A stretch of 63,941 nucleotides of DNA, filler included, from Deltaproteobacteria bacterium (GTDB lineage Bacteria; JAUYMQ01): the NCBI GenBank assembly GCA_030698575.1. It is 12 parts of 12 records of this genome, joined end to end, with 100 filler letters (N's around TTAATTAATTAA, not from the genome) between each part and the next. Parts side by side here need not be neighbours in the genome. Positions count along the whole stretch, not along the records: positions 1 to 4,014 come from JAUYMQ010000025.1; positions 4,115 to 14,810 come from JAUYMQ010000027.1; 10 more parts are not named here. One strand, written 5' to 3'. Within the stretch, counting starts at the first letter, position 1; every line of letters starts with the position of its first letter. The notes under the pieces are model-generated. The model had not been told where the DNA came from. It ran no database searches and saw only the letters and a program-made list of their open reading frames with translations. Shown here one piece after another: positions 1-12,316 of this stretch. The translations under genes were made by a program, and so were the position numbers.

Positions 1-201
1 TTTGCCCGCGCCCGTCGGCCCCGGCTGCGCTGGCATAATGCTTGCAACCTTTGCAAGGACCCCGTGCCTGTGTGCCGGGCCCCTCAAACGCCGGGCGCCG
101 TCGGCCGATGATCGATCGGGATAGCTCGCAGAGCGGGCGGACGGGTTTCCGCAAATCAACTCGACAGTCAACTTGAGTGAACAGGGCAACCAAGGAGTGA
201 C

Positions 202-3512
<3,311 letters not shown>

Positions 3513-4014
3513 TCAAGTTTGGGACGCGAGCTTACGATAGGACAGTTCGTGGGGCCAGGGTGCCAGTATTGCCTGAAGGCGTGACCCGGCCCCGGGGCCG
3601 GGCCGGGTACGGGCTCCCGGCGTGCTCGGAAATCCCCTATATTCCGGCCCCTTACCGTCCCGGCCACCGTGGCGGGCGGGGGGATCCGGCCTCCCGGAAC
3701 CTGGCGGGACGGGGGGAATCGAGGTTCCGGCGATTGACTCTCCCGGGACGGGGGTGGTAATCTCCGTGGGAAAAATAAGTTACCTTTTAGGAAAAAATCT
3801 GACTTGCCCGCCCATGGAAGCCGCCGATGCAGGGGGATTTGCGGGGCCTTCGCCCCAATGGAATCAAGGGACACTGGATCGGTCTCCCTGCAGAGTGCTA
3901 AAAAAGGAAAAGTTTTACCTACACGGAACGGTTCGCGTTCGCGCCCCGTGTGAAAAGAATTTCCCTCTGCGCTCCCACCTCCAGCTCCCGGCCGCGCCGG
4001 CAGGGGGGTGAGGG

Positions 4015-4114
4015 NNNNNNNNNNNNNNNNNNNNNNNNNNNNNNNNNNNNNNNNNNNNTTAATTAATTAANNNNNNNNNNNNNNNNNNNNNNNNNNNNNN
4101 NNNNNNNNNNNNNN
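4015..4114. other. Artificial contig spacer (first of 11)
   Basis: N-run + TTAATTAATTAA (stops in all frames) + N-run; repeated at 14811, 19045, 22326, 25934, 29877, 34741, 41751, 45177, 52622, 59969. Confidence 0.99.
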
Positions 4115-4316
4115 CGCCCGCGTGAACCTTGCGACCCACTATATGCGCTAGAATGTCGCGCTCCCGTTCCGAAAGCACGCCGACGCCGGCAACCGCCCCG
4201 GCGAGCGCCGCGGCGGCCGTCGCCGCGGGGAGGCGCGCCAATGCGGCGAGGGAAACCGCGAGGCCCGAACGGCGGAGGAAGGCCCGGCGCGTGAGGCCCG
4301 GCTGATCGATCGACAT
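4115..4316 (-). CDS. Tat-exported protein, gluconate 2-dehydrogenase subunit 3-like, 3' truncated by contig end
   Basis: LTRRAFLRR twin-arginine signal followed by VLSERERDILAHIV. Confidence 0.55.
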
Positions 4317-4337
4317 GGGGTTCCTACACCATTGAGT

Positions 4338-4363
4338 GTCTCAAGGCCGCGCGGCCTTGAGAC
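4338..4363. promoter_or_regulatory. Perfect 26-bp palindrome between divergent genes (operator or hairpin)
   Basis: GTCTCAAGGCCGC|GCGGCCTTGAGAC. Confidence 0.4.
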
Positions 4364-4479
4364 GGATGAAGATGAGTCCCGGTGGCGCAAATCCTGCGGC
4401 CGGGAGTTTCGCCGCATCGAGACTTGACCGCGGCGCGCGTAGAGTCAACACTGAAAGCGAACCGGGAGGACCAGGGACC

Positions 4480-5736
4480 ATGGCGCAGCCGCCAGCCAGC
4501 CTCGATGCGCTCATCCGCCGCTATGACGCCGGCGTTTTCGAACCGCCTCCGGAGGGGTTGCGCGTCCGCCTGATCGCCTCGGGCGCCGGCGAATGGGACG
4601 TGACCCTGAAGCCAGGGAACGCCGAAATCGGCGCGGCGCGGGGACCGGCCCCCGAAGCCACGCTTGCGGCCGATACGGGCACCTGGGCGGAGATCGCGGA
4701 AGACGGGCGAGCGGGGCTCCTGGCCTTCCGGCAGGGGCGGCTTATCATTCGCCGAAATTTGAATCTGGGGGTCGCGCTGCTGGCCGCAACGAGCGGCGTC
4801 ACGGGGCCCGGGCGGCTCCGCTTCCGTCAGGTCGAGACCGCTTCGGGCGTGCTTTCGGTGATGGAGGGGGGCGCCGGCGTCCCGGTCATCCTGATCCACG
4901 GCCTCGGCGCGACCAAGGGATCCTTTCTCCCCACCCTCCTCGGGCTCTCCGGCGCTTTCAGATTGATCGCACTGGATCTACCGGGCTTCGGCGATTCCAC
5001 GAAGCCCTTGCTCGCCCCCTACCACGCCCCCTTCTTCGCCCGCGCCGTCGCCGAGTTGATGAACTCGCTGCACATCGATCGGGCGCACGTCATCGGGAAC
5101 AGCATGGGCGGGCGCACCGCCCTCGAGGTGGGCCTGCGCTATCCGAAGCGGGTCCGGCGGCTCGTGCTGCTCGCGCCGTCGCTCGCCTGGAAGCGCGAGC
5201 GCCCGTGGGCGCCTCTCGTGCGGCTGCTCCGCCCCGAGCTCAGCTTGATCCAGCTCGCGCCCAGACCGGTCATCGAGGGATTTGTCCACCGGATGATCCC
5301 GGGCGCCGAGACCAACTGGGTGCGCGCCGGCGTGGACGAGTTTCTGAGATCCTACATGACGCCCCGGGGACGCATGGCGTTCTACGCAGCGGCACGGCAG
5401 ATCTATCTGGAGGAGCCGCACGGCTCGAAAGGCTTCTGGACACGGCTCGCCCGCCTCGAGCCCGAGGCGCTGTTCATCTGGGAGAAGCGTGACACGCTCG
5501 TGCCGATAGCGTTCGCCAGCCACGTGCGCCGCGCGCTCCCGCCCGCGCGACACCTCGAGCTCGATTGCGGCCACGTACCGCAAATGGAGTGCACGCTGGA
5601 GACCAACGCCGCCATCGCAGAGTTCCTCTCGGCTGCCCCGATGGACAAGACCGCCGCGCGCCGGCCCGGGAGGGCGCTCGGCGAAAGGCGCGCTTACGGG
5701 GAACCCGGTCTGACGCCCCCCTCCCAGAGTCCGTGA
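4480..5736 (+). CDS. Alpha/beta hydrolase with N-terminal SCP2-like (sterol carrier) domain
   Basis: IHGLG, DLPGFGDS, GNSMGG nucleophile elbow, CGHVPQ; N-terminal AFRQGRLIIRRNLNL SCP2-like segment; ATG 4480 after a purine-rich stretch. Confidence 0.8.
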   Translation: MAQPPASLDALIRRYDAGVFEPPPEGLRVRLIASGAGEWDVTLKPGNAEIGAARGPAPEATLAADTGTWAEIAEDGRAGLLAFRQGRLIIRRNLNLGVALLAATSGVTGPGRLRFRQVETASGVLSVMEGGAGVPVILIHGLGATKGSFLPTLLGLSGAFRLIALDLPGFGDSTKPLLAPYHAPFFARAVAELMNSLHIDRAHVIGNSMGGRTALEVGLRYPKRVRRLVLLAPSLAWKRERPWAPLVRLLRPELSLIQLAPRPVIEGFVHRMIPGAETNWVRAGVDEFLRSYMTPRGRMAFYAAARQIYLEEPHGSKGFWTRLARLEPEALFIWEKRDTLVPIAFASHVRRALPPARHLELDCGHVPQMECTLETNAAIAEFLSAAPMDKTAARRPGRALGERRAYGEPGLTPPSQSP

Positions 5737-5743
5737 TTCAACT

Positions 5744-7114
5744 TCAGACAGCCCCCGGGAGCACGGGCGCGCGCCCGGCGCCTCTCGAGAGATGCGCGCG
5801 CGCCTCGCCGACCACATAGAACGAACCCGATACGAGCACGAGATCCTCGCCCGTCGATTCGCGCAACGCCGCATCGACTGCCCCGGCGACCGACGGGATT
5901 GTGCGCGCCCGCGCCCCGAGTTTCCTGAGCGCTCGTGCGATCTCCGTCCCGCTAGCCGAACGATCGAACGCCGCCGCGGTGGCCAGGGCGATCCCTCGGG
6001 TCCGGCGCACCTCGCGCGCCAGCGGCCCGAGGAGCTTCGGCAGATCCTTGTCGGACATCGCACCACAGACCAGAACGAGCCTGCGGTAGGAGAAGACCCG
6101 CGGCAGCGCGCGGGCCAGCGCCCGGGCGCCGGCCGGATTGTGCGCGCCGTCGAGAACGACGGCGCCGCGCCGCGCCGTAGCCGGGAGGACGCGCTCGAGC
6201 CTTCCGGCAAGGCGCGCCGCTGTCACGCCGCGACGCATGTCTCTCTCGCCCACGGCGAGGCCGCGCCCGGACAGGCGCTCGCAGGCTGCGAGCGCAACCG
6301 CCGCATTCTCCTGCTGGTGCGGCCCGAGGAGCCCGCAGCGAAGGCCGGGGAGCTTGGCCCGCAATCCCACGTAGTCGAAACGTTCCTCCGGCTGCGCCAG
6401 CGCATGAAAGTCGCGCCCGAGAAACGAGAGGCAGGCGCCCTGCTCGCGCGCCCGCCGCTGGATCACCCGCCGCGCGGCGGGCGCCTGGGCCGCCGAGACC
6501 ACGGGCACGCCGCGCTTCACGATGGCGGCCTTCTCGCCGGCGATGGCCGCAAGCGTGCGCCCGAGGTACCGCTGATGTTCGAGGCTGATGGGCGTGATGG
6601 CGCAGACGAGGGGCGTGGCGACGTTCGTGGCGTCGTAACGGCCTCCCATGCCCGTCTCGATCACGGCCGCCTCGACGCCGCGCTCGGCGAAGTGCAGAAA
6701 GGCCATCGCGGTCGTCGCCTCGAAAAAGGTGACGCCGCGGCCCACTCGGGAGGCCACTTCGGGCATCGCGGCGATGACGCGGCCGGTGAGATCGAGAAGC
6801 GCGCGCCGGCCGATGGTCCGGCCGTCCACCCTGATTCTCTCGGCAAAGTCGATGAGGTGAGGCGAGGTGTAGAGCCCGGTGCGCCACCCCGCCTCGCGGA
6901 GAATTGCCTCCGCGATGGCCGCCGTGCTCCCCTTCCCGTTCGTTCCCGCGACGTGAAGGATCCGGAGCTTCTTCTCCGGCGCTCCGAGCGCGTCGAGGAG
7001 CGCGCGGGCAGCTTCGAGATCGAGCTTCATTCCGAACCGCCGGAGGCCGTACAGCCAGGCCAGGCGCTCGGGGAGCGGCGCAGCGGGCCTCCGTGACGAT
7101 CTTCTGGGAGTCAC
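5744..7114 (-). CDS. folC: Folylpolyglutamate synthase / dihydrofolate synthase
   Basis: HVAGTNGKGST, YTSPHL, ETGMGGRYDATN, LDGAHN, GSFYVVGE; downstream of accD as usual. Confidence 0.96.
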   Translation of the reverse strand: MTPRRSSRRPAAPLPERLAWLYGLRRFGMKLDLEAARALLDALGAPEKKLRILHVAGTNGKGSTAAIAEAILREAGWRTGLYTSPHLIDFAERIRVDGRTIGRRALLDLTGRVIAAMPEVASRVGRGVTFFEATTAMAFLHFAERGVEAAVIETGMGGRYDATNVATPLVCAITPISLEHQRYLGRTLAAIAGEKAAIVKRGVPVVSAAQAPAARRVIQRRAREQGACLSFLGRDFHALAQPEERFDYVGLRAKLPGLRCGLLGPHQQENAAVALAACERLSGRGLAVGERDMRRGVTAARLAGRLERVLPATARRGAVVLDGAHNPAGARALARALPRVFSYRRLVLVCGAMSDKDLPKLLGPLAREVRRTRGIALATAAAFDRSASGTEIARALRKLGARARTIPSVAGAVDAALRESTGEDLVLVSGSFYVVGEARAHLSRGAGRAPVLPGAV

Positions 7115-7181
7115 CTTCGGTTCTCCGGGAAGGGGCGCGCAGGCGTCGCCGGGGCATTCATGGGAACGACCCGTGAGGGCC

Positions 7182-7661
7182 TCAGGCGGTGCGGACGGGC
7201 GCAGGCGGCGGAACGAGAAGGGCGAGCAGGCGCGCGAGTGTCGGGCGAAGCTTGCGCCGGTCGACGACGCGATCGATGAGGCCGTTCCGCAGCAGCGTTT
7301 CTGATCGCTGGAGGTCAGGCGGGAGCTCCGTCTCGATCATCTCCTCGATGACCCGCGTCACCTTCTCGCCCACCACACTCCCCATGCTCCCGCCCATGAA
7401 CGCCATCTCGAAAAACGCGAAGAGCGCGCGATTGCCTTCCACGGATCCCTCGCCGCAGATGACCGCCTCGTCGAGAATTCCCCGTAGCCGTTCGCGGGCG
7501 GGCATGCGGCTGTGGTGACTGCACTTCGGGCAGACCTGGAGGTTCCTGGCCAGTTCGCCGGCGTGGACGATCTCGCCGCACGCCGTGCAACGACTCCAGT
7601 CCGCCCCCGTCTTCTTCCCGGGCGAGCCACCCACTTTTCGTTTTCCGCGCAGCCAGGCCAA
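7182..7661 (-). pseudogene. accD: Acetyl-CoA carboxylase carboxyltransferase beta, with two internal in-frame deletions (159 aa)
   Basis: CTAC...CPKC zinc finger, FMGGSMGSVVGEK, LQRSETLLRNGLIDRVVDR present; GGARMQEG and PTTGG segments absent; directly upstream of folC. Confidence 0.8.
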
Positions 7662-7723
7662 GCGCCCGCCCTCCTCAATCTCTCCGCCCGGGCCGATCCC
7701 TCAGGCAGCGGCCCGGGGTCACG

Positions 7724-8434
7724 TCAATTTTCCCCAGGGGTATTCCGCAGCGCCGGAATCGTCGCGAGCATGCGTCGCGTCTCGGGCGCGCCACCGGCGG
7801 CCGCCGGCCCGAGCGTTTCGAGATGGCCGCGGAGCATTCGCAGATCCGCGATCACGTCGACGTCGTACCAGGTAGGCGTGTAAGCCAGACGGAGCCCCGC
7901 GCGCTCGACGTTGGCCCGGGTTGCGGCAAGCGCGCCGTCGGTGTCCCAGGGAACCCCGGCAAAAACGGCGCCGGGCGCCGCGGCTGGTCCGAGGGCCGCC
8001 AGCGTGTAGCCGCCATCGAAGCTCGGCCCGAGGACCACGTCGCGCCCCGCGCGCAGCCGCGCAAAAGCGAGATCGACGAAGGCCCTCGGCAGCGTCGGGG
8101 AGTCGGCGCCGATGAAGAGGACCCGCGCCGCGCCGCCGGCCCGGGCTCGCGCCGTCGCGTCGGCGAGGCGCTCGGTCAGATCGGCGCCCCGCTGCACATC
8201 GAGCGAAAGGCGCCAGGTCCCGGCCAGGGTGCGGAGAAACTCGTCGGGCGCCGGTGTGCACGCGAGCGTCCCCGCGAGACCCGCCTCCGTGAAAACCGAG
8301 CGCACCGTGTCGGCCACCATCGCGCGGTAGAGCCTGGCGGCCATATCGGCGCCGATCACGAGCGCGAGCCGCGTCTTCACGAGGCCGGGCGAGGGCGCCT
8401 TGGTGAAGACGATCACGCGCTCGGCGGCGCTCAT
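7724..8434 (-). CDS. DUF2064 / TIGR04282-type (CofC-like) glycosyltransferase-family protein
   Basis: FTKAPSPGLVKTRL, QRGADLTERL, IGADSPTL, LGPSFDGGY, WYDVDVIADL. Confidence 0.85.
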   Translation of the reverse strand: MSAAERVIVFTKAPSPGLVKTRLALVIGADMAARLYRAMVADTVRSVFTEAGLAGTLACTPAPDEFLRTLAGTWRLSLDVQRGADLTERLADATARARAGGAARVLFIGADSPTLPRAFVDLAFARLRAGRDVVLGPSFDGGYTLAALGPAAAPGAVFAGVPWDTDGALAATRANVERAGLRLAYTPTWYDVDVIADLRMLRGHLETLGPAAAGGAPETRRMLATIPALRNTPGEN

Positions 8435-8459
8435 GGCCGCCCCTGAGCACAGGCGCGGC

Positions 8460-8942
8460 TCAAAGCAGGGTCTTGATGAGCGATTCGTACTCCTCGCGAT
8501 CCACGATGCCCACGAATCGGCGGACGATCTGACCCTGGCGGTCGATCAGGAACGAGGCCGGGATGCCGGGAATGCCGCCGAATGCGCGCGTGGTTCCCTC
8601 GTCGCCGAGAAGCACATCGTAGTCCATCCGCCGCTCGGCGGCGTAGGGCGCCACGACCTTGCTCCCGCCCACGTCGAGGGCGATGCCGACCACCTGGAAA
8701 CCCCGTTCGCCGTAAGAAGCCTGGAGTTTGGAGAGAAGCGGGATGGATTCCTCGCAGGGAGCGCACCAGGTGGCCCAGAAGTCGATGAGCAGGACCTTCC
8801 CCCGGTAGCCCGAGAGCGCCACCTCGCGCCCGTCGAGCCCCTCCAGCATGACATCCGGGAGATCCGCAACCGGCGCGATCTCATGGGGCGCGCCGCAGCC
8901 GAGAATCACCAGGAAGGCCAGCGCAGCCGCCACCGCCCTCAA
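8460..8942 (-). CDS. TlpA/ResA-like thiol-disulfide oxidoreductase lipoprotein
   Basis: DFWATWCAPC motif, GIPASFLIDRQG; lipobox ILGC; proposed TTG start overlapping the ccdA stop. Confidence 0.9.
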   Translation of the reverse strand: MRAVAAALAFLVILGCGAPHEIAPVADLPDVMLEGLDGREVALSGYRGKVLLIDFWATWCAPCEESIPLLSKLQASYGERGFQVVGIALDVGGSKVVAPYAAERRMDYDVLLGDEGTTRAFGGIPGIPASFLIDRQGQIVRRFVGIVDREEYESLIKTLL

Positions 8943-9670
8943 AGCCTTCCCCCGAAATCCCACTGGGGGAGATAGTTCAGGATGATCGTCATGCGATCGG
9001 CGACCAGCAACACGCCGAGGATGACGAGCACGCATCCGGCGAGGATCTCGACGGTGCGGATGTGGCGGCGGAAGCGCTTCATGCCGGAGAGGAACACCGG
9101 AATGGCGAGGGCCGACAGGAAAAAAGGAATGCCGAGCCCCAGGCTGTAGAGGCACAGGAGCCCTACCCCCTCGCGGACGGTCTCCTGCGCAGCCGCCATC
9201 GTCAGAATGGTGGCCAGCACCGGGCCGATGCAAGGGAGCCAGCCGAAGCTGATGGCGGCGCCCAGAACGAAACTGCTGCCGAAGAGGCCCGTTCGCGCGG
9301 GGAGGTTCTGGAAACCGCGAATGCGATAGATAAAGCTGAGCTTGAGCAAGCCGATGAGGTGCAATCCGAAGAGGATGACGATGACCCCGGCGATGCGTCC
9401 GAGGATGTGCCGGTAGGAGACCAGAAGCTGCCCGGCCGAGGTGGCCACGGCGCCCATGGCGATAAAGATCGCGGAGAAGCCCAGGATGAACGCGATGGCG
9501 TTCCAGAGAACGCGCGGTGGGACGCGGTGGTGGCTCTCCTCGGCGGCGATCTCGTCGAGGGTGAGCCCTGAAATGTAGGAGACGTAACCTGGCACGAGCG
9601 GCAGGACGCAGGGTGAAGCGAACGAGACGAAGCCGCCGACGAGGGCGCCGATGACGGTAACCTGTTCCAA
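8939..9670 (-). CDS. ccdA: Cytochrome c biogenesis protein CcdA (DsbD-like transmembrane domain)
   Basis: SPCVLPLVPGY and GWLPCIGPVLATIL motifs, multiple TM segments; AAGGAGG RBS before TTG 9670. Confidence 0.93.
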   Translation of the reverse strand: MEQVTVIGALVGGFVSFASPCVLPLVPGYVSYISGLTLDEIAAEESHHRVPPRVLWNAIAFILGFSAIFIAMGAVATSAGQLLVSYRHILGRIAGVIVILFGLHLIGLLKLSFIYRIRGFQNLPARTGLFGSSFVLGAAISFGWLPCIGPVLATILTMAAAQETVREGVGLLCLYSLGLGIPFFLSALAIPVFLSGMKRFRRHIRTVEILAGCVLVILGVLLVADRMTIILNYLPQWDFGGRL

Positions 9671-9879
9671 AGATACCTCCTTACCCTTTCGTGGCTTATC
9701 CCTTCTTGGCTCATCCCCTCGTGGCCGGACTCTTCTTATAGATAATCGACACGGCCCTTTCAACGCGCGGTGTGCGAGGCGCCGCCTGGAGAAGCGAACC
9801 AGTCGCGGCGTGCCGGGCTTTTGCGGTCGCCAGCGACGTGGGTTAATCTGCCCGTTCGGACGCGCCGTGACCCCGCAAC

Positions 9880-10626
9880 GTGAACAGGCGCCCGACCCAT
9901 GCAGAGGGAGCGTCAGTGCCGCCTGATAACGCGAAGTCCCCGCTCAGGATCCACCTCGCCCGCCACGCCGAGACCGAGTGGAATCGCGTGCGCCGTGTCC
10001 AGGGCGTCTCCGACATTCCGCTGAACGAGCGCGGAATGGCCCAGGCGTCGGCCCTGGGGGCGCGTTTCGCCGCGGAGCCCCTCGAGGCGGTCTACGCGAG
10101 CCCGCTTGCGAGGGCGCGGCAGACCGCCGAGGCCATCGCCTCTGCTCACGGCCTCGAGGTCCAGATTATCGGAGACCTCTCCGAGTTCGATCAGGGCGAC
10201 CTCGAGGGGCGCTACCTGAGTGACATCGCCCGCGAGTACCCGGAGCTCCTCGCCGCCTTCGGGAAGGAGCCGGGGAAAGTCCGCATCCCCGGTGGCGAAA
10301 CCCTGACCGAGGTTCAGACACGCGCCTGGCGCGCTTTCACCCTGCTTCTCGATCGCCACACCGGGGGCAGCATCGTCGCGGTCTCACACAATATGACGCT
10401 CCTCACCCTGCTCTGCCGCTTCCTCGGGATGAGCCTCACGCACTTCCGGCGCCTCACACAGAGCTCGACCGGCGTGACGAGCTTCGAGCGGGGAATCCAG
10501 GGCCTTCACCTGCGCGTCCTGAACGACATCTCTCATCTGCCCCCGGAACTCCGCCCCGAGGAGCCGGGGATCCAGCCGGTCCACCTCCGGCCCGGTGAGG
10601 AGAACGGCCCGGCCGAGAACGCCTGA
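9880..10626 (+). CDS. Histidine phosphatase (phosphoglycerate mutase-like) family protein
   Basis: ARHAETEWN, YASPLARARQTA, GGET, VSH, LNDISHL; true start may be GTG ~9916. Confidence 0.9.
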   Translation: MNRRPTHAEGASVPPDNAKSPLRIHLARHAETEWNRVRRVQGVSDIPLNERGMAQASALGARFAAEPLEAVYASPLARARQTAEAIASAHGLEVQIIGDLSEFDQGDLEGRYLSDIAREYPELLAAFGKEPGKVRIPGGETLTEVQTRAWRAFTLLLDRHTGGSIVAVSHNMTLLTLLCRFLGMSLTHFRRLTQSSTGVTSFERGIQGLHLRVLNDISHLPPELRPEEPGIQPVHLRPGEENGPAENA

Positions 10627-10671
10627 TCGGGGGGAGCCTGTGGCGTCAGTCATTAGGAGGCCCTCGCGCGG

Positions 10672-11127
10672 ATGGGGCTCAGCGGGAGGTGGCGCCGGGT
10701 CGAGGAGTTCGCGGCCGGGGCCGGTGTGCCCATCGCGCAACCTCCGCTCCTTCCCTCGAGCCGGCTCGCTCTGGAGGGCGCTGAGCTGGCGCGGCGAGAA
10801 GGGCGCCTGGACGCCTACCGCGAGCGCGTCTTCAGAGCCTACTTCATCGAGGGAGCGGACATCGGCGACCGGAACGTGCTCTGCGATATCGCGGCCGAAA
10901 CAGGCCTCGACCGCTCGCGCTTCGAACAAGAGGTCATCGGACGACGTTTCCGCGACGAACTGGACCGCCACCGGGAGGATGCGGAGGATCTCCTGGTGAC
11001 CGGCGTTCCTGCATTCTTCCTGCACGGGGTGGCCGTTGTCGGCGCCCGGTCCCCCGGGGAATACCACGCGGCTTTCTCCCGCATTCTCGCCCGCAGGGCC
11101 GCCAAACGGGACGCCCCGCCCGCCTGA
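10672..11127 (+). CDS. DsbA/FrnE-like protein lacking the N-terminal CxxC segment
   Basis: SRLALEGAELAR, VFRAYFIEGADIG, VTGVPAFF, VVGARS; TAGGAGG RBS; in-frame TAG at 10654. Confidence 0.7.
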   Translation: MGLSGRWRRVEEFAAGAGVPIAQPPLLPSSRLALEGAELARREGRLDAYRERVFRAYFIEGADIGDRNVLCDIAAETGLDRSRFEQEVIGRRFRDELDRHREDAEDLLVTGVPAFFLHGVAVVGARSPGEYHAAFSRILARRAAKRDAPPA

Positions 11128-11136
11128 GCCCCAACG

Positions 11137-11172
11137 GAGAGAGGGAGCCCTGGGGCTCCCTCTCTCGTTTTT
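11137..11172. terminator. Intrinsic terminator between convergent genes
   Basis: GAGAGAGGGAGCCC-TG-GGGCTCCCTCTCTC followed by GTTTTT. Confidence 0.7.
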
Positions 11173-11244
11173 CACCATGAGATCCTCGATCACGCGCCAT
11201 GAGCCCGGCCGGGGGGAAACCGGAGCAACGCGCGCCGCTCCTCT

Positions 11245-11712
11245 CTAGAACTGCTCCTCGACGATTCCCGAATCACCGCCGGCGACCATGCCGCCCTGCT
11301 GATCGGGCGGGTAGTCAGCCTCCGCCGTGCTGGTTGTTGAGTAACGCTCGCTGCCGACGAAGTGGATCGTATCCTCGCCGGTCAGATGCCGGGGCGTCAG
11401 CACGTAGGTGCCGCGGAGCGAGGGCGTGAAGATACGATCCGCCACCTCCCCGTCGCCGCCCGTGAGGATCCATCCGGCGCTTCCCGTGGTGAGACCGAGC
11501 GCGCCGTAGATCAACTTCGCCGGGACGTAGAGGAAATCAGCTCCGATGGCCGCGATCCCCAGACCCGCCTGGGCCCAGGTTGATTCTTCTTCTTGCTGTT
11601 CCACCTGGTAATTCTGATCGTAGGTGCCGCCGGTGTCCGACGCGACCGCCGGCGGCGCCGGCGCAAACACGAGCGCCAGGGCCAGCCCGAAGGCCGCCGT
11701 TCGCAGAAACAT
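11245..11712 (-). CDS. Secreted/membrane hypothetical protein
   Basis: Signal peptide, glycine-rich hydrophobic core (LYVPAKLIYGALG...ILTGGD), GGAGG RBS. Confidence 0.75.
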   Translation of the reverse strand: MFLRTAAFGLALALVFAPAPPAVASDTGGTYDQNYQVEQQEEESTWAQAGLGIAAIGADFLYVPAKLIYGALGLTTGSAGWILTGGDGEVADRIFTPSLRGTYVLTPRHLTGEDTIHFVGSERYSTTSTAEADYPPDQQGGMVAGGDSGIVEEQF

Positions 11713-11805
11713 GTTCCCCCCCCTCCGGAGACGCCCCTGTGCGGGACTTCCCCGGAATCACCGGACAATCGCGCAGCCTGAGTGTGACGGCTGCCCCGTG
11801 GCGTG

Positions 11806-12288
11806 TCAAGAAAGTTCTGTGGGAGCGGGGGGCGCGGAGTCGCCGGCGGAGCGCCTGAGGGCCAGCGCGAAGCCGATCGTGAGAAGAAGCAGGATCGCGA
11901 CCGTGACGATCAGATATTCAAAATCGTGGAGTGGCCCCCGCAACCCCTCCCACCAGGCCAGCCGGTTCAACCGCGGGATGAACCATTCGGTCATGCGCTG
12001 CACGCGCCTCATCGCCGGATAGACTTCGATGGCGCGCGAGATCTGCACGGCGAGCATCGAGACGAGAAAGAGGAATGAGACCCCGCCGTAGATCCGGCGC
12101 AGCCGCGCAGTCGCGCCGCCGCGCAGCAGCCCGATGAAGCAGCTCGCCATGGCGAAGATTGCCGCCACCAGGAAGATCGCTCCCCGAAGCAGCAACTGCC
12201 TGGCCTCCGTAACTTCCGTGCCGAGGAATACGAGGAACGTGAGGAGAAGGAGGAACAGGACGGACTGGACTAGATAGAACGTGGGCAA
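11806..12288 (-). CDS. Hypothetical integral membrane protein (about 4 TM); start uncertain
   Basis: Several hydrophobic helices in ORF 11806-12360, immediately downstream of mreB. Confidence 0.6.
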   Translation of the reverse strand: MPTFYLVQSVLFLLLLTFLVFLGTEVTEARQLLLRGAIFLVAAIFAMASCFIGLLRGGATARLRRIYGGVSFLFLVSMLAVQISRAIEVYPAMRRVQRMTEWFIPRLNRLAWWEGLRGPLHDFEYLIVTVAILLLLTIGFALALRRSAGDSAPPAPTELS

Positions 12289-12316
12289 GGGGCCATCCGG
12301 CGCGCGTCGGGCGCGC

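Noticed and set aside
7724-8434. Arsenosugar biosynthesis cluster
   Set aside because: Only the widespread DUF2064-type gene is present; the partner radical SAM, glycosyltransferase and arsM genes are not adjacent, and the radical SAM at 202 is on another contig
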